From: Fimbriosthenelais zetlandica
Lineage: Eukaryota
Assembly: GCA_977030845.1 (NCBI GenBank)
Contig: OZ365116.1
Span: forward strand, 20,336,001 to 20,400,000
Direction of reading: 5' to 3'
Length of the DNA stretch: 64,000 bases
Below the pieces are notes generated by a model that made no database searches, was not told the DNA's origin, and was given only the letters and a program-made list of their open reading frames with translations. A program made the position numbers and the translations under genes. The first letter of the stretch is position 1. Every line of letters starts with the position of its first letter. Of the stretch, positions 28,901 to 40,900 are shown piece by piece.

Positions 28901-31900
28901 TCTGAGCATTTTATTAATAAATCTATCCCTGTTTTTCACATTGTATACTTTGACCGATCATCCCCTGATTAAATGTTAATAATCCACTTAATTTGAAAAA
29001 CATAAACCGTTTATGTCTATGGTTTCTATGTTTTTGCTCAGCCTTCCTTCACATCTTCACCTGTCAATGTTAGCACAGCGTCTTTGTCTCTTGTCAGCTG
29101 AGAGCTCTTTTTGATGACACAATTTGCAGAAGAAGATGAAGGATAAAATACGGCTGGCTAGTTTAAGTGACAGTCTCTCTACTGCCTGCTACAAGATGGC
29201 TTCCTCTCCCTGTCTTTATTAAAAAAAGACATCTAGTCTTGAAAGAAGAAACCACATGTCTTTGATGGAACCATGCTTTTATAGATTGTTGATTTGCACG
29301 ATGGAGATGAACAATGATAATACTTTATCATTATAAGTATAAAGTATCCAGATATCTTCTCTAAAGCCTTCAGTTTTTCATGAAGCGCGCAAATGTTAAG
29401 GTGCTAACAGTAAAGGCTTAGTGAACAAAAATGAACTGGGTGAGTGCACTGAGGGGTGAGTGGGCTTGATTAGAGAGCACTGGTGACTAGGTTCACTGGT
29501 GGGTCTACACAGACGGGAATCATGACACTGACAGAGATAAAACTCAGGTCTTAGGTGCAGGCCCGAGCCACTATTAGTTCCTTTCCTTTCCACCATCATC
29601 TCTACTTCTGTGGATGCTTGGCTGCTGACTGTAGGAAGCTTCCCTCTGGTGGTCCAGGCCCACAACTCATCCTGTCTGGGCCTGGTTATTGAAGAAGGAT
29701 CCCACTAATATCTGAGCAAATATTTGAGCTCCATACATACCTGAGAAAAATGAGTGCCTGTCTGTAATTTGTCTGTTATAGAAAGACTAGATTTGGGGAC
29801 TAACGATCCAGGCCAACGATATTGGGTACTACTATAGTTTAAAAATGGTTAAAATCCCAGAAGATGGCATTTGTGTATAACTAGATGATGTCCTCATTGT
29901 ACACTAGGGGGAAGGCCATTCTGTTCCTTCCACCACTCATCCTTGCCTCATAATATTTTCTATGAAGCAGGAAACAACTTGTTCCATCCCAAATATGGCT
30001 TGTGACGCACTAAGCCCCTTTCCCTCAAAATATGAGAAATATATAACGAGCCTTTAAAAAACGGGGAGGGAGGTCTATGGCACTAGGCTCCTCTCCCTCC
30101 ACCCCACTCCAACCCTCATTTACCATGGGCATTGAAGGGGCAGTATATGGTACTCCATCAGCCCCATGGACTCCCTAAAAAATATAATGAGCATTAAAAG
30201 GGGCAGTATGTCTCTAGGCTCCTCCCCCTCAACCCCCAACCCCCCAATCTACCCCCTCAAGATCATATATTATGGACCTAATGTAAGGGTGAGAACTATG
30301 ATGGTAGGCTATATTTAACGGAAAAATGGCTGTTTTCGTTTTCATCCTATATTTCGTCATATGTTTTGCGGGGAACTGTTAGCAGCGCTGTGTTGTTGAT
30401 GAAGGAACTAACGCTTGATGCTCTGTCAGTTCGTTACATAACTAGAGACCTAGATGCTGACAGGCAAGTGTGGCTGGCTTAATAATGCAACATATTGTAG
30501 AGCCAGCCAGACTCCTGATACCTCATACCCGTCTCTTCTCACCACTGAAGCCATGGCGGGCAGATCTAAATATCTTCTCAGTAGATTACCTCCTACAAAG
30601 GCCCAGTCATCTAGTATTCATTGATGTATCTTACCCCTGCCAAATACTTCAATATCAAAGTCCTCCAAGCTTCAATGAGAGTGATTATTTGAAGGAGGTC
30701 CTCATGCAAAAAGTCTTCTTTCTCTGCTGCTAATTCTCTATCCGTACTGAATGAGCAGGTGGTTAGTCAGCATGTTGTGAATTTGTACAGAGAGCTGCTC
30801 GGGAAGCCTTGGGAGTTACTCCCCCTTTGTGCTGGACATTTGGATCTGTTCCACTGCCCTGGTACATAGCTTAGCAATCAGCATCTTGAGTTCACCAGCC
30901 TCTTACAATCTATCTTCAGTAATGTTGAACTATTCCTTTAATAATTAACATATTTACTGGCTTAATCGATTGGAAAGCTTGATGACCTTATACTCAGTAC
31001 TTACCCCTCATTGTGGAGTGCCTGCCTTTGTCATGGACGACAGAACTGGAGGAGCTCGGAATGCCAGCGTCAGCAATAGCGCCCCCTATCATTGCCAGTG
31101 GTTACAGTCCAGGTAAGGCCTAGACAACATCTCTTTCCCCCTCTGCTGGCTGGCCAACAGACAGACAGATGAGCTGACACCGAGCTGCTCCACCTAGTAG
31201 TAGTAGTACATGAGCAAATCAGGTACCAATGGTTGGACCAAGATTAGGCCAGTGGAGGATGCCATGTTAAAGACGGCTTCATTCATGACTGCTTGGTGCA
31301 GTTTCACTTGATTTGCATCAGTCAGCATAGCTCATCATTAGAAGTGAGAGAGTTGCTGGTCTCCTCACTGGGTACTCTTCACACTTGTCAGGGAGGTACT
31401 GGAGAATGGATGCATGAAGAACAACACCTCACCACCAGTCATAGCGCCTGTATCATCCCACAGGAGCAGTAGGACCAGTTAGTGTCGGTGCTGGAGGGGG
31501 TGGTGGTGGTGGTGGTGGTGGCCAGGCTATTTCTGCTTCCACAAACCCTACAGGTCACTCAGCCACGGCGACCGGAGGATGATATGTACTTGTAGTCGCC
31601 TGTGTGATAGATTGAGGATCTCAGCTGCTGGTGTAGGCACAGGGAGCAGTGACTGAGGATGGTAGGGCTGCATCATTAATACTATTGTATTGGCATCCCT
31701 TATAGTCACAGTGTTCAAGCTGCATTAAGATTTAAGGCAGTGTAGGAGGAGAATGCAGAGGTTTTAACAGTTTGGACGGTGCAACGTGCAACCACGGCTG
31801 GCCTATATCGTAACCAGCATTGGGAACGTCCGCTGCCACCGCCGCAACAGCAGCAGCGGCAGCAGAGGCAGCCAGACCAAGACGAGGAGAAAGAAGACAT

Positions 31901-34900
31901 ACTCCAACTATCTCATCTCAAGGAGAAACCTCAGATCTCCCTTAAACAGGAGAATGAGGAACAGGAAGAGGAGGAGGAGGATGGGGGTGGGGGAGAGGAG
32001 GAGGTGATATTGGTGGAGGAATCCCCCTGCCATGCTGGAGACAGCAAGTGTTTACTGCTTAAAGGCAACATGTGTCACTGGATCACACGAGCATGTCTTG
32101 CCAGCATCGGCTGTACCTCCTCTCCCTCCTCCTCCAAAATCAGGTACCTGCCCCCCCTATATGTGTCTGTATCTAACCATCAACCCATATACAATGAAAT
32201 CTCTACATAACTAATTAAGGCAAAACCATCTAGCTCCAGCCCTATTTGCATGATGAATATTTTGTCCATCATCGATTTATTTGATTTTAAATAAATCAGA
32301 ACATGGAAGGTGTCTTATAGTCCATGTTTCGTGAGCTTATGTTAATCTAATTCAAGAACATTATGAAAAGATTTCATTGTACGTAGACTACCCTCACATA
32401 CACCCTGAACCCACACCCGTCCACACCCGTCCAGTGATCTCAGTGTGCTGTAGTCTATAGACTGTATGTACCGTGTCAATCACACTGATCATGCTCAATG
32501 TTGACAACTCACGCTCTGTCCACTGCACTTGTCCACATTCCAATTTCATGTCAATTGCTATTCTACACGCAAAGCAACCCCACACACTCTGAATTATCAC
32601 CATATGCATGATACTATAGATGTTGACGGTTCCTTGTCATTTTCTATTTAGAGTTTGACATCACTACATGTGCCATGTCATATGAGCACAGAGTAATATA
32701 ATACTTGCCTATATGCCATATGCCACCTAGAATTGTCCTTATTGTTGCGTCATAAACTTGGTCGGTATATATATCCATAATAGAGCCCAATATTAGCAAT
32801 GTAGAGCACAAGCCAATGCTCAGTAAATCAAGAGAGTTAGAGAGAAATATCCTTTGATCAATACTAATATCAGCCCAAGCACCTGTGATTTCAAAGAGTA
32901 GTCATGTGCCTGGTATCCACCAATAGATTTATTCTCAGCTTCTTTTATGGTGCTATAGGTTATCCTTTGTGGATCATAAAACACCGGCCTAGTCTCCTTT
33001 ACGCCTTTGGGGCCGGCCTTCCCCTTTCAAGCCTTGCCTCCACGATTGGATCCCCACAGCCCTTCGGTCCTCTATTGGATCCTTTACTGCGGCTCCATCT
33101 ATATACGTCTCCCAGTAGTCGCTCCCAGTCAAGAGGAGGGCTCCTTTTATTATTTTTCTTTTTTTTATATTGTCTGCAAGAGGATTGTTCTGCCAGCTCC
33201 CTTTCAAAAATAGCTCGAATGATTCATTGCAGTCTGTGGAGATGAAAAATATTACAGATATCTTTGACCTGTTCTCCAGTTCAGGCACAAACGCAGGAGA
33301 GGCTGTTTAAAGCAGCAATGGGCACATCCTCTAGAAAGCAGCGTCAAGATTGATTCTTTCTGAAAGTAAAAGGGCATAGTCCTCCCTTAGCATTTGTCCT
33401 GCCACAAAACGGCAGAAAAACTCAACCTTGGTCCAGTTAGAATATAGAATGACGGCAATAGGAAGCTGCAGCTGCCATGGCTCAATTTGACTCCCGTCTG
33501 AAATGTTTTGTGGGTCATATCTATCATTTTATGCATAATGTATATTGGCTGGCTTCCAGAAAAACACTTCCCTTGTAGCGTGATTGTGTTTTGAGAAAGC
33601 ATGATTCAATCTAACACAACCCAGGTCTTGGCGGGCTGAAAATTGCTTTGGTGCGTGTTTTACTCGCGCTTCACTCTCTCTTCTTGTATAATTAGTACTC
33701 CAACAAACTTTCATAATTTTTAATTAGTTCTGAGTGCTCTGGATCTAAAGCCCTTAAATGATTTTCCCCAACAATTTCCATTAGTACATCAAGGACGCTT
33801 GGTTGTTTTTTAAAACAATGTGGAAGTACCTACATAGAAAGTATGGCTCCAACTGCATGTGCATAGTTTATATTATATGACATGAGATATCCTGGGTTAT
33901 TCGAGTTTCTCATTTCTATCTTGATGCAGTAATTCATTGATCCAGTGCGGGTAAGAATGCTTTATTACGTTGATAATGCGTGTAGATTAGTGAAGCATGT
34001 GGTGAAGTATATGGTGGTGGGAGGATATTGGAGTTGGCCATATTGATAATGATGAAGCAGGTCTAATGGATGAGTGGGTGATTGTCTTAACGAGCTTTTC
34101 TCTCCTCGACTCAGCTCAGCCTCTGTGTTGAAGCCTTCTATGGCACCACTTCTTATCTCCTTAAACCCATGACCAGTCCTCACCCATATACCATAAGCAA
34201 TATAATTATAATGTAATTTACCACCAGCTAATTGGATTAATGTCAGTGCAGCATGTTTGTCGATGCAATATGAGTACAGGTTGATATCCTAACAATGGTC
34301 TGACTCAGTACCTTGTGAAACGCACCAGAATCTAGCAGAGGCATATATTATATATAGGGATCATATCTGGGGGAGTAGGTGTCCAATTTCTAGACCAGAA
34401 CACCCCAGCAGTACCTCAGATGATGAAATTTGCTCCTGTGATTGTATCAATTCTTTAATAAGTACTCAAAAAGTACTATTTTTTCTCCCGTGTTTCCGTC
34501 TGTTCATGGATTGCCTGATCTCATCTAGACTTGGCTCCATGTCCCGTAAAACCCCGAGCCAGCTCCAAAATCAATGATGCCTCATCTCTCAACCACTCAT
34601 TCAAATTCTCTCATTGAACGCCCGCACAAAGTGCTCCTAGTAATGTTATGCCTACAGGCTCTACATTTAAACATCAAGTTATTATTTTTGCCTCCATAGA
34701 GAGCTTTATATTCTTTTTCAAAGGCACTTGTAATACTTTAAAACTAGAAAGAGTGATTGTTATAATAAAATATAATATGGAGAAAGGCAATACTAATGGT
34801 TCCTGCTGACTGGGATAGTATGAAATGTCATGATTATAATTTTCATGATTACGTTGAATGATGTAACTTGTGTAGAATGAGAGTGAGCAATATGGGAGGA

Positions 34901-37900
34901 ATGACTAGCTTCATTACCTCACGGCTGGCATATTTTGTGCTCATAATGACCGTGTCATTTATCTTAATATGCATCCCTCAGCTGTAACCGGGGCAGATTG
35001 ATTCACACACCGGGTGGCTGAGCAGGCTGCCTTTACCATGGTTTGTTGGAGTTTCCACTCAGACCTCTGTCAGCTGTAGATAGAATAGGATGTTTTACGC
35101 TGCCAGTAATTGCGTCACTTTTTCTATAGCTGCCTTGCTCCCAGTTACTGATTTGATTTCTATCACTCCAATGTTCCAAACCAGACTTTTGAGTCATGTC
35201 AACCGTAATATTCTAAATATTCTGCACCTCAAATAGTGCGACTGACTGAACTTAAGAATTCAATCAAATTGAAAAATTGCTTCAATATGGCCAAGCAGGC
35301 CGTCTTGAAGATGCCCTTCTCTACTGAAGAAGGAGGACTATATTTGTGATAGAAAAACAACTCTGATGATTTTCAAAGCAAATGTGATGTGATGCTGAAA
35401 TGGATTTTGGCAAGGCACGTTATTGGATTTTCACCCCAAAAATATCCAATTAATTTCAAGTTGGATATGAGCCATACAAATTTACGTGGGGCTATTTGAT
35501 TTAAGGTGGCTACCTTAGAGTCCCTTAACACGTAATATGTTTTCCCCAATAACCCCTTATATATTATTGCCTTAACTTCACTTTGTTTTCAAAAATACCT
35601 TTACAACAAGCTTATTAAATTATCTCAATTGAATTTGAGCCACTGGGATTTTAAGGCCTGATGGGATGACACCCCCTGAAGCTTGTAAGACAATTAGATT
35701 GAATTTTATTAGCAGCAAGTTTAAAGTTGTATGTCCTTGCTGGGGTATTTATTGATGGTGTTTTTCTACGCTATACTTGAGTGACAGTCTATGTGGCTAT
35801 AAGAAGGTAAAATAGTGGAGTACTCCTGGGTCAGGTTGTGTAGAATGAAGTATTATAGATGCAGACCCCCTGGTCTCTCCACCACTCTGAGCTGTATTTA
35901 TGGAGGACAGGATGCCAGCAAAGAGACACGCATCAAGAAACAGCCTTGTTTATTGAAGGCTTCTACCAAGTAGTAGACGGAAATTGACCAAATTTCCGGG
36001 CACAGAAAATTCATGGCCCTGACGCATATCAATAGAGGCGATGGCGAGATAAAATTGAATTATACGAGGAAGGAAAATAGTATTATATATAAAGAGGGAT
36101 GGGGATGAAGATTATTTTTCACCAGCATTGTGACTTTGTCCTCATCTGCAAATTGTTAGAGTTTATAACACTTTGGCAAGTACTGAACTTTGTACTCTCT
36201 ATATACTACTTGCCATACGTCAATGAATCTCATGTATCAGACATTATGTACTTGATGTGAAATCACAGTATTACAGTTGCTCCTACAGTTGACTAAAATA
36301 AAAGTTTTGCTCAGCAATGTGCATGCCTCCAGCCCTTGAACCATCCCAATCATAAATCTAATACTTTCAATTACCACAGCCACTGATCGATGGGCCATAA
36401 AAGGAGATGATGTGGTGTTATTTAGAAGGGATGATGACAGTGCTAGTGGTAAGGGTGGGACCTCTCGCCCCCAGTCACTGACTGGGCCAGGATGTTAGGG
36501 GATTACCGTCTCCCCGGTGCTGCTTGTTGGAGCCCTCAGTGGCCGGGGCTTTGGCACAGCCCAATCTAGCCTCACGGTCCAGAGTCGATCAGGAGGCGAG
36601 GAGAGGCAGCCCCGGTGGTGCACGATCAATACCACTTGCCTAAGCTAGCACTGAGTATAGACCTAACAGAAAGGGAAGAGGGAGACAGGGAGGCCAGAAA
36701 GACAGGTAGAGAATGGAGAGAGACAGACACACAGATAGAGAAGCAGGAGAGATAATGTGGCGGGCGGGAGACAGGCAGCTCATTCATAGCCTGGTGCATA
36801 CCCATGCATAGCCTCTGTAAACAATGCTCAAAATGTGTGCAGCATATAAAGCTGGTCTTGTTGCTGCTTGACTGGCTGGTTGTGTAGCATATCTAACACA
36901 TGCAGCATTCAAATCAATTCCAGATGCTATATAACTCAGTTGTTGATGGCGCTGGTGCCCCTCTCTTTTAGTGGCACCTGTTAGTTGGAAGGAAACTGTT
37001 GACAGGGGAAGCTTATTTATAGAGCTAGTCGACTTCCATTATATATCTCTCTTATGCCCAGAGGCTATTATAGTTGCACCCAACACAATGGGAGTTTTCC
37101 AAATATAAATGCCAGCACTATTCATTTTCTTCTATTAAAAGGAAGGAATTATAGAATGAGATTCTCCAAAGGAATTCTCACACCTGTATTGCTGCCTTTT
37201 AATTATTTCCTTACCTTCTAACCCGTTAAGAAAAGAAGATATAATGTGAAGAAGCTACTCAATCAGGCAGCAGCCTCTTTTTGTATGGGTGATCTTTCTT
37301 GGAGTGAGACAGCCTTAAGTGGAATGAGGGCTGGTCGACATTTAAGGGATACAGCATTATTTGGTGGCTATCTAGTTTGCTGTGAGATGTTGGGAGGCTT
37401 GTTGAGTGGGTTGCCGGCGTCCTCCAGCCGCCCGGGCATTAGGCCCTGATAGGATTGGATGCCATTGTTGGTGGGGATTAATCTGCCCTCCGGAGATGTT
37501 TGCCTTATCAAATAAACCAAATCTGATCACCATTTTCTTACCCAGGGGCCCGCCTCATTTGTGGCTGGGGTTGTGATCATTTAACTATTATCCTAGGTTT
37601 CAGTCGAGATACCTAAGAAATGCCTCACATCTGTTTCAGAAATAATCGATGGGCTCAATGAGTTTTATCTTGATCACAACAGGAGCCTTCCCCATTTAGA
37701 AATAGATGGGTCTTAATCTTCTTGAATTCTTAAGAGATTTTCAACTTCCGAATAATAGATATAAACCCTGGTTTATTCCAGGGCTCAGGTGGTAGCCTTG
37801 AATGTGGGGGGTCGTGGGTTTAATTCCCTAAAGTAGGCTCACATGTACTGTTGCTATCTCTCCCCAGTGCTGCTAACTGGGTTATCAAAGTCCAGCCATG

Positions 37901-40900
37901 TATCACTCCTTCTCAGGTGAGCATGTAAAGGAACCATTGCTGCCAACTGTCATATATTGTTTATGCCTCATACTATGACTGGCAACAGACCCAGAATGAA
38001 AAGAACGTGATGCACCTTCCCAAATATTGGCATGATGATTGGGATGAGAAGGAATGTAGCGGTATAGGTAAGTTATGGGTGGCGCTGTTAGCTGGCATAA
38101 GGTGGTTACCATACACCAGTATCTGTTGACTGTGTAATGGATCACTGTTCCACGCCTGCCAGCACACAGTAGGGAGCTACCCTCATCCCCTCAGCCAATA
38201 ATACCCTATCTGCCCTCACCCCACAATGAGGGGTGAACATTGATACATGAGAAATCGTTGCCCTGGCCAATTCATCACTTACAGTGCATAGTATACCGCT
38301 AAATACGGTTAACTGCGTTTTACTGCTAGGTATATGGCCCCCTGCTTAAGAAATAATCACCACACTGAAGAAAAAACAGTATGCAGGAGAGTCTGTATTC
38401 ATGGATGGACAAAATACAGGAGCCTGGCCATTAAAGGCGCCGCGTCGTTAAGAGGCCCGCTGTGTACCCATCCCTTTAATGATTGATTGTGTCTACAACA
38501 ATTAAAGCATTTGGCTGTTTTATCCGTACTACCAGCTAGTGTACTTACCTCCCTCAGTGGCACATAATTGTCTCCTGCCTTCACTCCCCATCATCCTACC
38601 AGGGAGCCACATCATCTCTACATTTTTCAGTATGGATATGCAACACTTTGCCAATAAGTGCAGAACTATTTCCATATTTAATTAAATCCTTTAACATTTT
38701 AATAGAGTTGAAACAAGTACAGTATGAAAAACACTGATAATTGCTATTTATTTTAAATATTTGTTCATCTGACATTTTATATTAAGATGTTCATTTCATG
38801 TAAGAAAATCGCGAAGGTAACTTCTCAGTTCCTTTTGTGAAGGCGTGACAATATGAATTGGACATGACACTTCATTTCTAATTGAATTGCTGAGTTCTTT
38901 CAGCACATGTCAAGACGGTGTTCATTTCGGCTTGGAAAGGAAAGGACCTGTTGGGGACAAGTCGATATCTGCCTTCCGTTCACAAATAGAATGAAGAACA
39001 TTTCACCGGGCTTGTCTGGGATGAGAGTTTTGTAGTGTCTTGAGTCAGTTGCCACTTGTTTTAATTGTTTTGCTCACTTGTGGAGGATTATGAGGCGGTA
39101 CTGATATGATCCTTGATTAAAGTAGCTCATTATGTGACGCGCTCAGACCGTGTACTGTTAAACTTACTAACAGTGTCCTCATATTTCCTGCCCTATTTCA
39201 ACCAACATGACAACTCAGACTCCATTAGGCACTGAAAATCCTCCTTGCAACTGAATTCCATTGCTTTCAAAGACAATCCAATACAACTCGTTGCTCTAAC
39301 AATCCTCGTGCCTCTGCTGTCTCAGCTGGTCCATTCTACATGAAATCCCTCGCCGTTTTCCACACAACTTATTGAATCATTCGTCATACAGAATCTGCCA
39401 TCGATCAAACCCAAGGCCACACACATGCCACCCTTTACCACCAGAGGCGCCCCTCCCGTTTCTCTTTCTTGTTCTGTAAGGGAAGCATTGATATTGGCTT
39501 TAATCACTACAGCTCAGCCTCCTTCTAAACCAGCATTATACTCGGTGCTGATCTAGAGCTAGCGTGCCCCAGTCCGCCCATTCCCACTCAGCACGCCTAT
39601 TGTTTGCACATTTAATGAGGGGAATGGACGCAAAACCATATTGCTTTTAGACGTTTGGTTTGACGTGAATCCGTCTAAGTTTATCCATCGCTTTTCAAGC
39701 TGAACTAAACGGGCTCCTATTCTCTATTCATCTATGGTATTTTGGCTGTGTTCTTGTTTTTTTCATACTTGGCTGAATGCATTGTGAAGATTAGACACGG
39801 GAGGAGTGTGTGGGTGGATTTGTGGGGTATTGAGGGCTTACACCTGGAGAGAGAGAGAAGCTGGTCTCTGGCCTGTGTTTGTCATTGGTGTCTTGTGTAT
39901 ACAAGGGCAGGGTGCAGGGCAGACAGGCAGTCAGCAGACAGGTGTACCCTACCACCAGAATACCAACATCCACTCCTCCTAACCATACACCCACCTCTTG
40001 ATTAGGGGGCTTGTCCGGGGATCTTGCTCTTTTTTATTGCCTTTGCTTCATGCTGCCGAGTATTGATAGTGATATTGGGTCGCCATATATTTGCTTTACC
40101 AGAATACATACTGAGAATCTCGGAAAAGGCAAAATATATAAAGAAATGTCATGAGTATACGTGGTGCTAATCACATCCTTGAGACGTTAAGGTAATGGGT
40201 GGTGAGAGACAGCCGATCCATTACCTCACTCACATATCTAAAAGCGGGTTACATCCCACCCTTTAGATCTCAGTCATTACAGGAAGTAGTGGGAAACACA
40301 GCGTCTTATCTCAGGATGGTCCTCTTCACAACATATACCCAATCCACAGTAGGGATACTCTCTCCTCTCTCTGTACTACTGATTAGACCATAGACTCTCC
40401 TATAGACGGGAGTCTATCCATGCATAAATGAAGCCCTGCACATTTAGAAGTTCATCTTTCGCTTGGCTTTCAACGTTTTATTATTCTCTTTCATGTATTT
40501 TGATCAATATCATTAAAAAGAAAAAAGAGTAATCTGGAATAAACACATTTAAATATTTTAATTCAAATATCTTATACCTTCAATGATGATTTTTTTCTAA
40601 TATATTCTTTCACTTCCGTTTTCAGTGCCAATGCAGAACTTACAGACAAATACAACAAAGCTGAAGGTAAGGCACCATCTGTTCTTTCATCTTTGTGGAT
40701 TATGCTTCAAAATGAAAAAATGATTTCCATATATATAGGAAAAAAGATTGAGACCTGCAGCAGTTGTATATATGCCTCGTCAGCAGAAAATCCATGCACA
40801 CCCCGCGCCCGACCACCGTCTGTCATGTCTCTATATTGATAGGAACATCTCTCTGCTGCAGCTGAGGAAAAGTGACATTATTGTCATGGTTGTCAACCAC

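Noticed and set aside
30500-31680. Protein-looking - strand fragments (ELAAEKEDFLHEDLLQII..., KMLIAKLCTRAVEQ...) broken by stops
   Set aside because: No recognisable RT, transposase or other motif; cannot be told from chance without a search
31000-38234. 18-nt near-exact inverted match between about 31003 and 38221
   Set aside because: Matches of this length are expected by chance in 64 kb
496-38437. CArG boxes at 496, 18783, 36395 and 38428
   Set aside because: The number is about what base composition predicts
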